Below the pieces are notes generated by a model that saw only the letters and a program-made list of their open reading frames with translations, had not been told where the DNA came from and did not search any database. Shown here in pieces: positions 1 through 9,886 of a DNA stretch of 64,000 bases (within the stretch, counting starts at the first letter, position 1; the number at the start of each line of letters is the position of its first letter). Position numbers and translations under genes: made by a program. The DNA is from Candidatus Pacearchaeota archaeon (lineage in GTDB: Archaea > Nanobdellota > Nanobdellia > Pacearchaeales > GW2011-AR1). The stretch covers positions 34,013 through 98,012 of the forward strand of contig VGKP01000001.1 in assembly GCA_016866975.1 (NCBI GenBank), given 5' to 3'.

Positions 1-2034
1 GAGTGTTTCTTTGTAGAGAATGCGCATCAAAGAGAGGGCGAGGAAATTCAGATATTTGAGATGAAAGATCTTAAGGAAGAGGCGAGAAAAGTTATTGAGA
101 TAATAAAAGAAGAGCAGAGCAAAGGAGTACCTTCTGAAGAGATTTGCGTCATATTCAGGACACACCAATATGGACGAATAATAAAAAGAGCTCTTGAAGT
201 ATCAAATATCCCTTATTGCTCGGTATCTAGGTCCTCATTGCTCAAACAGCATTCAGTAAAAGTGATACATGATTACCTTATGATAATAGATAAGATAAAG
301 AGGGAGGATTCCGGAGGGGAACAAGCATGGTGGGACTTGCTCTATCTTATGAGATTCTCTTCTGAAGACTTGATGTCTCTTGGCAAAGTAATACAATCCC
401 TGTCAAAAGAGAGGAAGAAAGAAAGAGACTCTAGTGAGCCTCAGAAAGATCTTAAACCTTTCTCTCTGGCATTTTTAGATGACCTTAAGGGAGCAAAATT
501 ATCAGATGAAGGAAAACTTGCCGTAAAGATATTATTGGATAAAATACAGATGATGATTCCTCTGATGAGCCAACCCTTGTCAAAAGCTATCCAAGAGATA
601 TACAGGATATCGGGTATATTGAGCGAATCTAAGACTTTTGAAGACAGAGAAGCCATGCTCAACTTGCAGAAATTCTATGATCTGGCCAAAACCCATGAAG
701 ACTTATATGATGCAGAAGTATCAAATTTCCTTTATTATCTTGAAGTGATAGAAAACCTAGGCATAGAAATAGAGGCTGCAAGGCTTGAGGAAGAAGGAGT
801 GAGATTGATGACTTGCCATGCTACAAAAGGCCTAGAGTATAAGACAGTAATACTTACTAATTTTGCCCAAGGAAGATTTCCTATTGAGAGATATGTTGGC
901 AACTCCTTGATACCTACTGAACTTCTGCCAGAAGTAAAAGAAGAAATAAAACAAACATCATCAGCTGAAGCTGAGGAGTACATCCAAAAATATGAAAGGC
1001 ACCATCAAATGCTTGAAGAAAGAAGACTTGCTTATGTTACATTTACAAGAGCAAAGGAAAGACTCTATATTACTTACGCCAGAGAATACGGAGGAAAGAA
1101 ATTTTATCCATCAATATTTCTTGAGGAAATATCTTATATTAAAAATCCTGATATATCCTATGTAAAGGATGAATCCCAACTGTATGTTGAAGAAAATGAG
1201 ACCAAGACAACGTTTCATTTTGCAAGTTCATTAGAGTCAAGTAATTTTGAGAATGTCCTAAAGACTCTTGCAAATGAGACAGGAAAAGAAAAAGAGAAGG
1301 TCCATAGGCTCTCACCTTCTGCTCTTTTGTTGTTTGATGAATGTCAGAAAGAATTTGAGTATAAATACGTGTATCATATGCCTGAAAGAAAGACATTCTC
1401 CTGGGAAGCAATGCAACTTGGCAGCTTTGTACATTTAGTCCTTGAGAGGGGCGTTGCTTCACTTTTTCAGAGAGTTGACGATTTCCTTTACCTTGCTAAG
1501 CAATTGAGCATGGAAGAAGAGTGGTCAAGCATTTCTCTCCCAGAGGCCGAAACATTGATAAGAGTATTCTTTGAGAGAAATAAAGGAAGATATGACTCTA
1601 GGACAAGAACAGAACAGTTTCTTCCTTTGACTCTGGCCGGAATACCTTTTATGGGATTTGCAGACAGAATAGACGTCAAAGATGATGGAGTCGAGATAAT
1701 AGATTATAAGACTGGTAAGACGGCGATTTCCCCAAGAAGTAGGGATTGGCAACTTGGTTTTTATGCCATTGCAGCACAAGAGCGGTTTGGAAAAGTAAAG
1801 AAAGTTGTATTGGAAATGCTGAAACAGGAAAAGCCATTGGAATTCGAATTTGATGCCGCGGGCAATGCTCATTGCATTAGCTCTAAGTGGATAGATGGAT
1901 TCAACCTTGTTGATGTTCGGAATCAACTTATTGAAGCTGCCCAGGCAATACAAGGTGCCTATGCTTCAGGATTCAAGCCCTGTAACATAGAGAAAAACTG
2001 TGAATTCTGTAACGAATATGTTTACGGTTTGTAG
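1..2034 (+). CDS. UvrD/PcrA-like SF1 helicase C-terminal region fused to a RecB/Cas4-like PD-(D/E)xK nuclease domain with a C-terminal Cys cluster. The gene runs off the 5' end of the window, so it is partial.
   Basis: The frame is open from position 1 with no stop before the ATG at 61. Helicase motifs V/VI are present (MTCHATKGLEYKTV, VTFTRAKERLYI). A nuclease-like stretch (FADRIDVKDDGVEIIDYKTGK) is followed by C-x-C-xxC (CNIEKNCEFCNEY). Confidence 0.6.
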   Translation, partial: ECFFVENAHQREGEEIQIFEMKDLKEEARKVIEIIKEEQSKGVPSEEICVIFRTHQYGRIIKRALEVSNIPYCSVSRSSLLKQHSVKVIHDYLMIIDKIKREDSGGEQAWWDLLYLMRFSSEDLMSLGKVIQSLSKERKKERDSSEPQKDLKPFSLAFLDDLKGAKLSDEGKLAVKILLDKIQMMIPLMSQPLSKAIQEIYRISGILSESKTFEDREAMLNLQKFYDLAKTHEDLYDAEVSNFLYYLEVIENLGIEIEAARLEEEGVRLMTCHATKGLEYKTVILTNFAQGRFPIERYVGNSLIPTELLPEVKEEIKQTSSAEAEEYIQKYERHHQMLEERRLAYVTFTRAKERLYITYAREYGGKKFYPSIFLEEISYIKNPDISYVKDESQLYVEENETKTTFHFASSLESSNFENVLKTLANETGKEKEKVHRLSPSALLLFDECQKEFEYKYVYHMPERKTFSWEAMQLGSFVHLVLERGVASLFQRVDDFLYLAKQLSMEEEWSSISLPEAETLIRVFFERNKGRYDSRTRTEQFLPLTLAGIPFMGFADRIDVKDDGVEIIDYKTGKTAISPRSRDWQLGFYAIAAQERFGKVKKVVLEMLKQEKPLEFEFDAAGNAHCISSKWIDGFNLVDVRNQLIEAAQAIQGAYASGFKPCNIEKNCEFCNEYVYGL

Positions 2035-2113
2035 ATGCAGTATTCGTTCAGAATACTGTTATAAAAAAAGTCAAAAATAATTATAAAATAAAAAATAAAA
2101 TTCAGAAGATTAA

Positions 2114-2428
2114 TTAATATCTTCTGTTGAAAGATCGTCTTTCTCCGAAGTCTCTTCGAGGTCTTCTAGGGGCGTTTTCTTCCATAGGTCGGGCTTCATT
2201 GACAACCAATTGTCGGCCTTCAATATCTTTGCCGTTCATTTCTTGGATTGCCTTGTCAGCTTGTGCGTCATCCGCAAGCGTGACGAATCCGAAACCTTTT
2301 GATTTTCCTGTATCCTTAAAAGAGATAACAGTTGCCTCAACCACTTCACCATAAGCAGCAAAAAGCTCTTTTAGCTTATCGTTGTTTATGCTGTAGGGTA
2401 GATTACCTACATATAGTTTCTTACTCAT
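2114..2428 (-). CDS. RRM-type RNA-binding protein
   Basis: RNP-2 (LYVGNL) and RNP-1 (KGFGFVTL) motifs are present. The 104 aa protein has an RG-rich tail. Confidence 0.8.
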   Translation of the reverse strand: MSKKLYVGNLPYSINNDKLKELFAAYGEVVEATVISFKDTGKSKGFGFVTLADDAQADKAIQEMNGKDIEGRQLVVNEARPMEENAPRRPRRDFGERRSFNRRY

Positions 2429-2519
2429 GTTTTCCTTACTCTCCTTACACTTATGTCCTCAAGGCTTGTGCCTTGATAAACTTTGAGATGAATGATGGTA
2501 TATAAAGATATGTTTTTAT

Positions 2520-3401
2520 CTAGCTATGTAGAAAGTAAACCTCTATAGAGTAAAGGTTTACTAGTTTCTCCGCATTATAGGCAATAAATCTGAATAGTAA
2601 CTCATTCTTTTGACTAATAAATTTCCTAGCCAGAAGTAAATGTCCAAATCTTCTCTTTACAGCAGAAAAGGTACTTTCAACTAAGACTCTCTGATGATAG
2701 ATCTCCGATGGAAAATTGCGAAATAATCTCTTTCTATATTTGCCATTAACTCTTCTTCCCACAGTTGCAAACTTTCTTACAGGAACAATAAGTTCACTTC
2801 CACATTTATGAGCTAATTCGTGATTTCTCTCGCAATCATAGGCTTTGTCTGCAAGAAAAGCAGTTATAGGTAACTGCTTTGAAGACTGTTTCATAAGGTA
2901 AGGAACATCAATGATTTCATGACGCTTCTTTCTTCTCAGTCTAACGGCAATAATCAATCTTCTTTTCACTTCAACTGCAACATTCGCCTGCATGAAACGA
3001 TTGCGTTCTCCCGCAATCATGCAGAAGTAGGGGCTTCTTGAATTCAAACTAAACCCTGTCCCGTCAATTGCAACAAGACTCGATTCGTTACTTTTTACCA
3101 TGTTTGCAATTATTGTTTCCAGATAGGTTTGCTTAACTCGTAAGGCAAACTTATTTATCTTAGTAAAATGGACAGCTCTCGCTAAGTGGAGTTCTTCTTG
3201 TACAAGCGCAAGAAAAGCTGGCATCTTTCGTAATGCCTTACCTTCCAGTTGCATAAGCACCTGGATAACAATGTGTTGCTCATTAGAAAACACATTGTTC
3301 TTCTTTTTACTAAAGCTTCTAGGTATTCTAGCAGCTCTAACTCCAGATTTGACTCTCTGGATAAGTTTTTTATAGGAACTTTCCTCTTTCATTTGGACCA
3401 C
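2520..3401 (-). CDS. DDE transposase (IS4/IS5 family)
   Basis: The 293 aa protein carries the LADKAYD motif typical of DDE_Tnp_1 transposases. It fills the IS between the inverted repeats. Confidence 0.8.
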   Translation of the reverse strand: MVQMKEESSYKKLIQRVKSGVRAARIPRSFSKKKNNVFSNEQHIVIQVLMQLEGKALRKMPAFLALVQEELHLARAVHFTKINKFALRVKQTYLETIIANMVKSNESSLVAIDGTGFSLNSRSPYFCMIAGERNRFMQANVAVEVKRRLIIAVRLRRKKRHEIIDVPYLMKQSSKQLPITAFLADKAYDCERNHELAHKCGSELIVPVRKFATVGRRVNGKYRKRLFRNFPSEIYHQRVLVESTFSAVKRRFGHLLLARKFISQKNELLFRFIAYNAEKLVNLYSIEVYFLHS

Positions 3402-3457
3402 CTCTTTAGTCTCAAACCAAATAGGTGGTCAATATTCTTTTAACTTTCTACATAGCT
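2522..3457 (-). mobile_element. IS element of the IS4/IS5 superfamily, about 936 bp. It has perfect 15-bp terminal inverted repeats (AGCTATGTAGAAAGT) and a 9-bp direct target-site duplication (TTTTTATCT) at 2513-2521 and 3458-3466.
   Basis: The inverted and direct repeats were read directly from the sequence. They enclose a single DDE transposase ORF. Confidence 0.75.
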
Positions 3458-3542
3458 TTTTTATCTGCATTGTTAAGTTAAAGGGAGTTTAGGAAGTTTT
3501 AAAAGTAAGGTTTGGAGCAAATTTAATAAGGAGAGATATATT

Positions 3543-4346
3543 ATGTTAGAAATGAAAGTTTTAGCAATAGGAGACCCCCACGGAGATTTAGAAAAGGTGA
3601 AGATAATTCCAATTAAAGATGTAGATTTAATTCTTTTAACTGGAGATTTGGGAAGTGCAAATCTCATGCGAAAAATAGCTTTTGAAAATGTTGAAAGACA
3701 AAAGCGAGGATTAGAAAAAAGAGAATTTTCACCGACACAACGAAAAATGGCATTTATGGAAGCATATAATTCCACAATGAAAGTTATAAAATATTTAAGA
3801 AATTTTGCTCCTGTTTATACTATTTATGGTAATGTTGAAAGTTCTAATTTAGAAACAAGAAAAGAATCTAAAGAGATTGGATTGCTATTACCATTCTTAA
3901 CAGATGATTTAAGAGAGATAGATAATGTAAGAGTAATTAATAACAGACTTGTTAATTTTAACGGGGTTAGAATTGGAGGTTTACAATATTTTGTTGATAC
4001 AAATTGGGTACAAGATTTTAAACCAAAAGATTATAGAAAAAGAATGAAGAAAGCAAAGAGGCAAACAGACAAAGCAAGGGATATATTAAAGAGATTTGAT
4101 GAAGTAGATATTTTAGTCCATCATCAGCCCCCTTATAGTTATTTGGATAAAGTTACTTTTTCTGGGGCACCAAAGCATTGGAAAGGAAAACACGCAGGAA
4201 GTAAGTTAATACTCGATTATATACAGAGAAAACAACCAAGATATGCTTTCTGTGGACATATCCATGAAGGAGAAGGAATGAGAAGAATTGGAAGAACAGA
4301 AGTTTATAATTTAGGTGTTTGTGGATATAAATTTATTACTCTCTAA
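3543..4346 (+). CDS. Calcineurin-like metallophosphoesterase
   Basis: Motifs VLAIGDPHGD, LTGDLG and GHIHEGEG are present. It is a paralogue of the 13356..14264 product. Confidence 0.65.
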   Translation: MLEMKVLAIGDPHGDLEKVKIIPIKDVDLILLTGDLGSANLMRKIAFENVERQKRGLEKREFSPTQRKMAFMEAYNSTMKVIKYLRNFAPVYTIYGNVESSNLETRKESKEIGLLLPFLTDDLREIDNVRVINNRLVNFNGVRIGGLQYFVDTNWVQDFKPKDYRKRMKKAKRQTDKARDILKRFDEVDILVHHQPPYSYLDKVTFSGAPKHWKGKHAGSKLILDYIQRKQPRYAFCGHIHEGEGMRRIGRTEVYNLGVCGYKFITL

Positions 4347-4730
4347 ATCTCTAAAACTGCATTAATTGAGTAGTGGTCAGAAGCTTTTTCTGTTAATTTG
4401 TTTTTTATCTTCCCTGCTTCCATTATCTTGAAATCATCAGAACAGAAAATATAATCTATTCTAGAGTAATCTGGATTAGAATTATTAAGAGAAGTATGAT
4501 AACTATAATCCTATCTTTTATTTTTTATCTTGAATGTATCTGTTAATTTACTTTTTAATAAGACATTTATAGCTTTTCCAGTTAATATGTCATTAACAAT
4601 ACTTTTTGCTTTGTGTTTATCTTCTTGTTTTAGACTTAATTCAAATCCCCTGATTAACTTTCTTTTATTATATTTATCTTGTGGAGAAAAGGGCTTAAAA
4701 ATCAACATCTTTATAAATATTTTAATGTCG

Positions 4731-4840
4731 GGAACCGATGAAAACCACACCTTGAAAGGTGTGGTGGTTCCCGAGCATCTCCAAAAACGAGCGCCTGCAA
4801 CAAACCTCGGCTTTTAAGCCGAGGTGGCGCATCGTTTTTG
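4731..4840 (+). repeat. Double-hairpin repeat element, copy A (diverged copy)
   Basis: Hairpin 1 is cgggaacc..ccacacc-ttgaaa-ggtgtgg..ggttcccg. The linker is gagcatctcc. Hairpin 2 is aaaaacgagcgcc..cctcggc-ttttaa-gccgagg..ggcgcatcgttttt. It has the same architecture as copies B-D but carries compensatory stem changes. Confidence 0.7.
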
Positions 4841-4952
4841 TGATATTTATAGTCGAAGAGGAAACCATAGAAAAACATCTCCAGAGTGAGAGTTATTAAT
4901 GATGGTGGTGTGAATTTCCTTAGTTCAAAATAAAAGTCACCGAAAAATAATA

Positions 4953-5673
4953 TTGACGCAGATGAATAAAATTTTACTTAAGGATATACTTTTTAATGAA
5001 TCAAAAGTCAAGAAAATTGCGGATGAGATTCATAATGTATATTCATCATTTAAAAGAGAAGAATTTGTTCACGAAGTATTTACTAAATTTCCAGAACTTG
5101 AATTAAAAGCTCGTATTTCTTGGATAGCTGTAAGTCTCAAGAAGTATCTGCCAGAAGATTATCCGCGCACTGTTGGCATTCTTATTAAGTCCCTTCCACA
5201 AACTAATAATCCTGATGTCAAGGAACTTGACTAAAACTCCAGCTTAAAAGCTGGAGTTGTTCTTTGAGCATCTCCAAAAACGAGCGCCTGCATCAAACTG
5301 CGGCTTAAAAGCCGCAGTGGCGCATCGTTTTTTTTTGATTTATCTGATGGCGACTTTGGCGATTTCATTTATACCCCATATGCAGAGTATGTCGCAAAAA
5401 ATGGATGTATAGAAGAAAATTTACAACTCTCACTTAATGCGCTACATGAAATAACGCAACGATTCTCTGCTGAAGATGCCATTCGATATTTTATCAACGC
5501 ATTTCCTAAGGAAACACTAAAAGAACTTATGAAATGTTTCAGAAAGGAGATAAAGCTCATATTGGGGCAATGAATGAAATGATGGGACTTATGAAGGATG
5601 AAAAGGCTATGAAAAAATGGATGGATGAGAAGAAGAAAGAGTTTGATGCACTACCTGATGATAATTCCTAGAA
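4953..5673 (+). pseudogene. Hypothetical gene, possibly a HEAT-repeat DNA-repair-like protein, interrupted in frame by repeat copy B. The intact N-terminal ORF is 4953..5234. A same-frame continuation without a start codon runs 5343..5573, and a short tail runs 5570..5671 in another frame.
   Basis: The upstream ORF and the downstream start-less ORF are both in frame 0. The 120-bp repeat contributes only two in-frame stops, TAA at 5232 and TGA at 5265. Confidence 0.4.
5217..5336 (+). repeat. Double-hairpin repeat element, copy B
   Basis: It begins gtcaaggaacttgac..ctccagc-ttaaaa-gctggag and continues through gagcatctcc to aaaaacgagcgcc..ctgcggc-ttaaaa-gccgcag..ggcgcatcg, followed by T9. It is near-identical to copies C and D when those are read in reverse orientation. 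Confidence 0.8.
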
Positions 5674-5687
5674 GAAGATATAATAAA

Positions 5688-6317
5688 TCATATTTCTTTG
5701 ATAAATGATCTAATATCACTTACAAAATCATCTGAGCCAATGACATAGGATTGTTTATTTTTAGGTAAGAATTGCCTGAGGGTAGTTTTATTAATCCTCC
5801 CATAAAGGTAATCAGGATGATTTTCTTTTGTCAATGCAATTATATAATTATTGCCTAAAAAGCTTTTGAGTTCATTTTCAAGAAATAAGTCATCTCTTCT
5901 TGATACTGAATGTAAGAGAGTATTGCCTGTCAGAGAATTATCTCTTTTAAGCTGTCGCAGTATGGCGATGAAAGGGGTTATTGCCTGACCTGCAGCAATC
6001 ATAAGGCCCGGTTTAGTATATCTTATCGAGCCAAATTGGTCTGAAAGTATGAGGGAGTCTCCAGGTTTTAATGAATGTAGTCTAGATGTGAAATTCCCAG
6101 GGCTGTTGTATTTCTTAATATGAAATTCTAAGTAAGAATCATCATTTGTCGATGTGAATGAAAATGGATGAGAGTCTTTTATGTTTTCAGGAAGAGAGAT
6201 CATCACTGAATGACCTGGAATGAATTTAAAACCTGGGGGTTTATCCAGCCTGAATCTTTTTACATTATTGGAGACATCGACTATCTCTTCAATAATCACA
6301 ATATGCTCTTTTGCCAT
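5688..6317 (-). CDS. FNR-like FAD/NAD(P)-binding oxidoreductase domain protein
   Basis: The 209 aa protein has a GQAITPF-type NAD-binding signature and the layout of the FAD_binding_6/NAD_binding_1 fold. Confidence 0.5.
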   Translation of the reverse strand: MAKEHIVIIEEIVDVSNNVKRFRLDKPPGFKFIPGHSVMISLPENIKDSHPFSFTSTNDDSYLEFHIKKYNSPGNFTSRLHSLKPGDSLILSDQFGSIRYTKPGLMIAAGQAITPFIAILRQLKRDNSLTGNTLLHSVSRRDDLFLENELKSFLGNNYIIALTKENHPDYLYGRINKTTLRQFLPKNKQSYVIGSDDFVSDIRSFIKEI

Positions 6318-6403
6318 GATGGATAATAATTTGATACTGGTTAAAGATTTTTGGGTTTTCCACCATACAAAAACCTTTTAAATATAAATTATTTATATTA
6401 ATC

Positions 6404-6829
6404 ATGGCATTACCAAGTGTTGCGGTCAATTATGGGGCAGTTCTTGTCTCGGCTGTCGCAAGCATGATTATAGGGGTGATATGGTATTCCCCTTCAGTTT
6501 TTGGAAAAATCTGGATGAGGGGTGCGGGAATTTCTTCACAACAATTATCCAGAGCGAAAAAGAAAGGAATGGGAAAATTGTACTTGATTGCCTTTCTAGG
6601 TTTAATAGTCATGGCTTGTGTCCTTGCAAGTTTCTTGGCTTTCGTTGCCGCCACAACGGTGTCTGACACCCTAGAGCTGTCATTGTGGATATGGGTAGGT
6701 TTTGTATTACCACTTCTTCTTGGAAGCACATTATGGAAGGGAGAGTCATGGGGTTCTTATCTTGTGAATGTCGTATATCAGCTTGTCATTATTGTAGTCA
6801 TGTCTTTGATTCTTACTCTCTGGGTCTAA
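6404..6829 (+). CDS. Small integral membrane protein (DUF1761-like)
   Basis: Four hydrophobic helices are predicted from the sequence. There are no catalytic motifs. Confidence 0.4.
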   Translation: MALPSVAVNYGAVLVSAVASMIIGVIWYSPSVFGKIWMRGAGISSQQLSRAKKKGMGKLYLIAFLGLIVMACVLASFLAFVAATTVSDTLELSLWIWVGFVLPLLLGSTLWKGESWGSYLVNVVYQLVIIVVMSLILTLWV

Positions 6830-6830
6830 A

Positions 6831-7139
6831 ATGGTTTCTTTTAACGAGCGTTGTTATGCTTTGCTGAGTAAAGTGCCGAGAGGAAATGTAGTCACCTATA
6901 AGGCTCTTGCAAACGCAATGAGGACAAAAGCATATAGAGCAGTTGGAAATGCAATGAATAAAAATCCGTATGCTCCAAAAGTGCCGTGCCATCGCGTTGT
7001 TGGAAGCTCGGGGGCGTTGGTTGGGTTTGCATCTGGATTGAATAAGAAGAAAAAGATTCTTGAAGATGAAGGCATCAAGATAGATAATGGGAAGATAGAT
7101 CTTGAGAGATATGGATTTGAGTTTAAACAAGCTTTTTAA
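6831..7139 (+). CDS. ogt: Methylated-DNA-protein-cysteine methyltransferase, DNA-binding/active-site domain
   Basis: The PCHRVV active-site motif is present. The 102 aa protein corresponds to the MGMT C-terminal domain. Confidence 0.7.
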   Translation: MVSFNERCYALLSKVPRGNVVTYKALANAMRTKAYRAVGNAMNKNPYAPKVPCHRVVGSSGALVGFASGLNKKKKILEDEGIKIDNGKIDLERYGFEFKQAF

Positions 7140-7161
7140 ATAACTTATTCTTTGATAGAAG

Positions 7162-7893
7162 ATGTACCTATTGGAATTCAATGGGATAAATAAGAGGTAT
7201 GGGAATAAAGATGTCCTGACGGCACTTTCTCTAAAAATACGAGAAGGAGAGATATTTGGGCTGATCGGAAAGAGTGGAGAGGGTAAAACCACATTGCTTA
7301 AGATACTCATTGGGATGGTAAAAGCAGACAAAGGAGAAGTATATTTTGAAGGATCCCTATTACCTGAAGATCCAATGTATCTTAGGAGAAAAACAGGGTT
7401 TTCTACACAGGACAATACATTATTTGAAGAGTTGAATCTCGTAGAGAATAGCATATACTTTGGAAGTCTATACGGCATGAAGAAAAAAGAAATAGAGGCA
7501 AACATGAAAGAGCTTCTTCAATTGGTAGAATTGAAGGGATATGAGAACCTATTGATTAAGCAGATATCCGGGGGCATGAAAAAAAGAGCTAATTTGTTGG
7601 TATCCTTGATACATAAACCAAAACTCTTGGTATTGGATGAGCCTACTGTCGGTCTAGACCCGATTATAAGAAATGGAATATGGGAGTATATCCATAAGAT
7701 AAACCAGGCAGGCACCACTATTCTTGTGACCTCACATATACTTGAAGAGATAGAGAAAAACTGCAGCAGAATAGGTATATTGAACAAGGGAGATATGATA
7801 GCTGTAGGTACCATTGAACAATATAAGGCCAGTTATCCAAAGGCAGCAACTTTGAATGAGATATTTGGAGAGGTGTTAAATAAATCACCATGA
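7162..7893 (+). CDS. ABC transporter ATP-binding protein
   Basis: Walker A (GKSGEGKTT), the ABC signature (SGGMKKR) and Walker B (LLVLDEPT) are present. Confidence 0.85.
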   Translation: MYLLEFNGINKRYGNKDVLTALSLKIREGEIFGLIGKSGEGKTTLLKILIGMVKADKGEVYFEGSLLPEDPMYLRRKTGFSTQDNTLFEELNLVENSIYFGSLYGMKKKEIEANMKELLQLVELKGYENLLIKQISGGMKKRANLLVSLIHKPKLLVLDEPTVGLDPIIRNGIWEYIHKINQAGTTILVTSHILEEIEKNCSRIGILNKGDMIAVGTIEQYKASYPKAATLNEIFGEVLNKSP

Positions 7894-9263
7894 TCTGGCC
7901 AATATTCAGCAAGAATCTAAAGACTGTATCTAGGAATTGGAACTATTTTCTTGTCTTAGTGATTTTTCCAATATTTCTCATACTTCTCTCAGGAGCAGTA
8001 TTAAATTCCGCAAGCACTGATAACATAAAGGTAGGTCTCGTAAATGAAGGAGAGACCGTTTCTCTTGATTTTTCCAGCAAAGTTAAACAACTATACTCTC
8101 ATAGTTCATTAAGCGATTGCATTGCGAAGATGGCTGAAGGAAGCAGGGCGATCTGCATAAGAGTATATACAAAAGATGAAAAGCCACAGATAGATGCTTA
8201 TATAGACAATACACAGAAAGTTGTCGAGTCCTATACGAAACAGTTCTTCCTGGAGACTATATTGGAGAGGCAGAATCTAGAAATAGGCCATTCGGAGAAA
8301 ATCGAGGACAGACTATCTGTCTTCTCAACTTCTTTTCAAGATGCAAGAAAAGAACTTGATGTCAGCTTCCAAGAACTTGACAGACAAGAAAAGATATTGA
8401 CGGCTTATAGTGCCGAAATATTCGGGACAATGGAATCTTTTCCAAGAGATTCTCCTACAAGGAAATTACTTGAAAGAATGCAGTCAAATATTAGCAATTC
8501 AATACAGTCTGCACAAGAGGGCAAGAGAAAGATTGTTGTACTATTAAGCAAGACTGAACAAGGTAGTAAACAAATATACTCCTTAAAAGATTCCATAAGA
8601 GACAAAAGTGTAATATATCAAATTATGGATGGGATTGAAAACGTCCCAAAAAGTCCAGTAGCAAATACTTTCCCCCTCCTAGTAGCGATAATAATAACAT
8701 TTACTTCACTAATACTCTCAAACCTCTTCATATCGAGGCAAGTCAACCAGTCAAATTATTTCAGGTCGCTTATATCTCCCGTGAAAGGTTACTCCTTTTT
8801 CATCGCAGATTTCCTGATAAACTTATTCTTTGTGTTTATACAGTCACTGTTTATATTCATAGTAGGATTTTATATGTTTAATATACAAGTCATAAGCATC
8901 CTACCCCAATTAGCCTTGGTGATCTTCTTATCATCCTCCATATTTATCTTCTTAGGTATGAGCTTTGGCTATCTCTTCAAATCTGAAAACCTTTCAATGC
9001 TCGTATCTATATTTGTAGTAATTTTGTTCCAGATATTCTCAGATATCCTTGCACCTCCTGCACTGGTAGGCCCAGCAGTTGGATTCTTCATGAGCATAAA
9101 TCCATTCGTTATATTAGAGAATCTCTTAAGAGACCTTATAGTCATTGATAGACCTATGACATTACTGATTCCTTCCTTAAGCAAGTTGCTGATATTATTT
9201 TTATTGTCCATGGGCCTCGCAATTGCTGCTCAGAAGGCTAGGAAGAAAAAAGCTCTAGAGTAA
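7890..9263 (+). CDS. ABC-2 type transporter permease
   Basis: Its start overlaps the ATPase stop (ATGA). It has an N-terminal TM helix, a large extracytoplasmic loop and C-terminal TM helices. Confidence 0.6.
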   Translation: MIWPIFSKNLKTVSRNWNYFLVLVIFPIFLILLSGAVLNSASTDNIKVGLVNEGETVSLDFSSKVKQLYSHSSLSDCIAKMAEGSRAICIRVYTKDEKPQIDAYIDNTQKVVESYTKQFFLETILERQNLEIGHSEKIEDRLSVFSTSFQDARKELDVSFQELDRQEKILTAYSAEIFGTMESFPRDSPTRKLLERMQSNISNSIQSAQEGKRKIVVLLSKTEQGSKQIYSLKDSIRDKSVIYQIMDGIENVPKSPVANTFPLLVAIIITFTSLILSNLFISRQVNQSNYFRSLISPVKGYSFFIADFLINLFFVFIQSLFIFIVGFYMFNIQVISILPQLALVIFLSSSIFIFLGMSFGYLFKSENLSMLVSIFVVILFQIFSDILAPPALVGPAVGFFMSINPFVILENLLRDLIVIDRPMTLLIPSLSKLLILFLLSMGLAIAAQKARKKKALE

Positions 9264-9322
9264 TAATCCTGAAAAAGGTTATACTAGAGAACATCAAAGT
9301 TTTTATTGTGTAATTATAATTC

Positions 9323-9886
9323 TTGATAATGAGATTGAAAAAAGCAATTGTTGCTATTGGATTGTCTGGGCTACTATTAAATAATGGATGTATTGTTTTT
9401 AAAAAAATAGACCAAAGTCTAGATACATTTGCTGAAAAACTTGAGAAGAGAAGGGAAAAACACCCTGAAAGCATACTGAATAGACAGGGCTATATCGTTT
9501 ATACTGGAGATGCAGATATCCAACCTATTCAGACAACTATTGTAACAAATATTGAGAAAATTGTCAAATTTTCTTATCATGCTCCAGAGAATGTAAATGT
9601 TGAAGACACATATCTTGTCTTATCCAGGGAATTTAAAGATGTTTTAGGAGAACCATTTCATGAAGTGAAGCATAGGATCTATCCAGCAGGTTTTGATTTA
9701 GAGAAAAATACAGAAGGCACTGTGATGTCTTATACTTTCAAAAGCGGAGATATTGAACCGGGGAGATACCTTTATGAATGGATAATGGTGCTTCCTCAAG
9801 ATTCAAATTCAGGTTTATTAAAGAGCATTTCTAGAGTCTTTTCATCTAAAAGTAGAATTTTAATGAAGGGATATTATCAGCATTAA
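9323..9886 (+). CDS. Hypothetical lipoprotein
   Basis: The signal peptide ends in a lipobox-like LNNGC. Confidence 0.35.
   Translation: MIMRLKKAIVAIGLSGLLLNNGCIVFKKIDQSLDTFAEKLEKRREKHPESILNRQGYIVYTGDADIQPIQTTIVTNIEKIVKFSYHAPENVNVEDTYLVLSREFKDVLGEPFHEVKHRIYPAGFDLEKNTEGTVMSYTFKSGDIEPGRYLYEWIMVLPQDSNSGLLKSISRVFSSKSRILMKGYYQH

Noticed and set aside
4530-4817. ORF 4530..4817 (+) and antisense ORF 4511..4750
   Set aside because: The region is AT-rich and low-complexity. The ORF reads through repeat copy A, which makes it a likely non-coding intergenic region.
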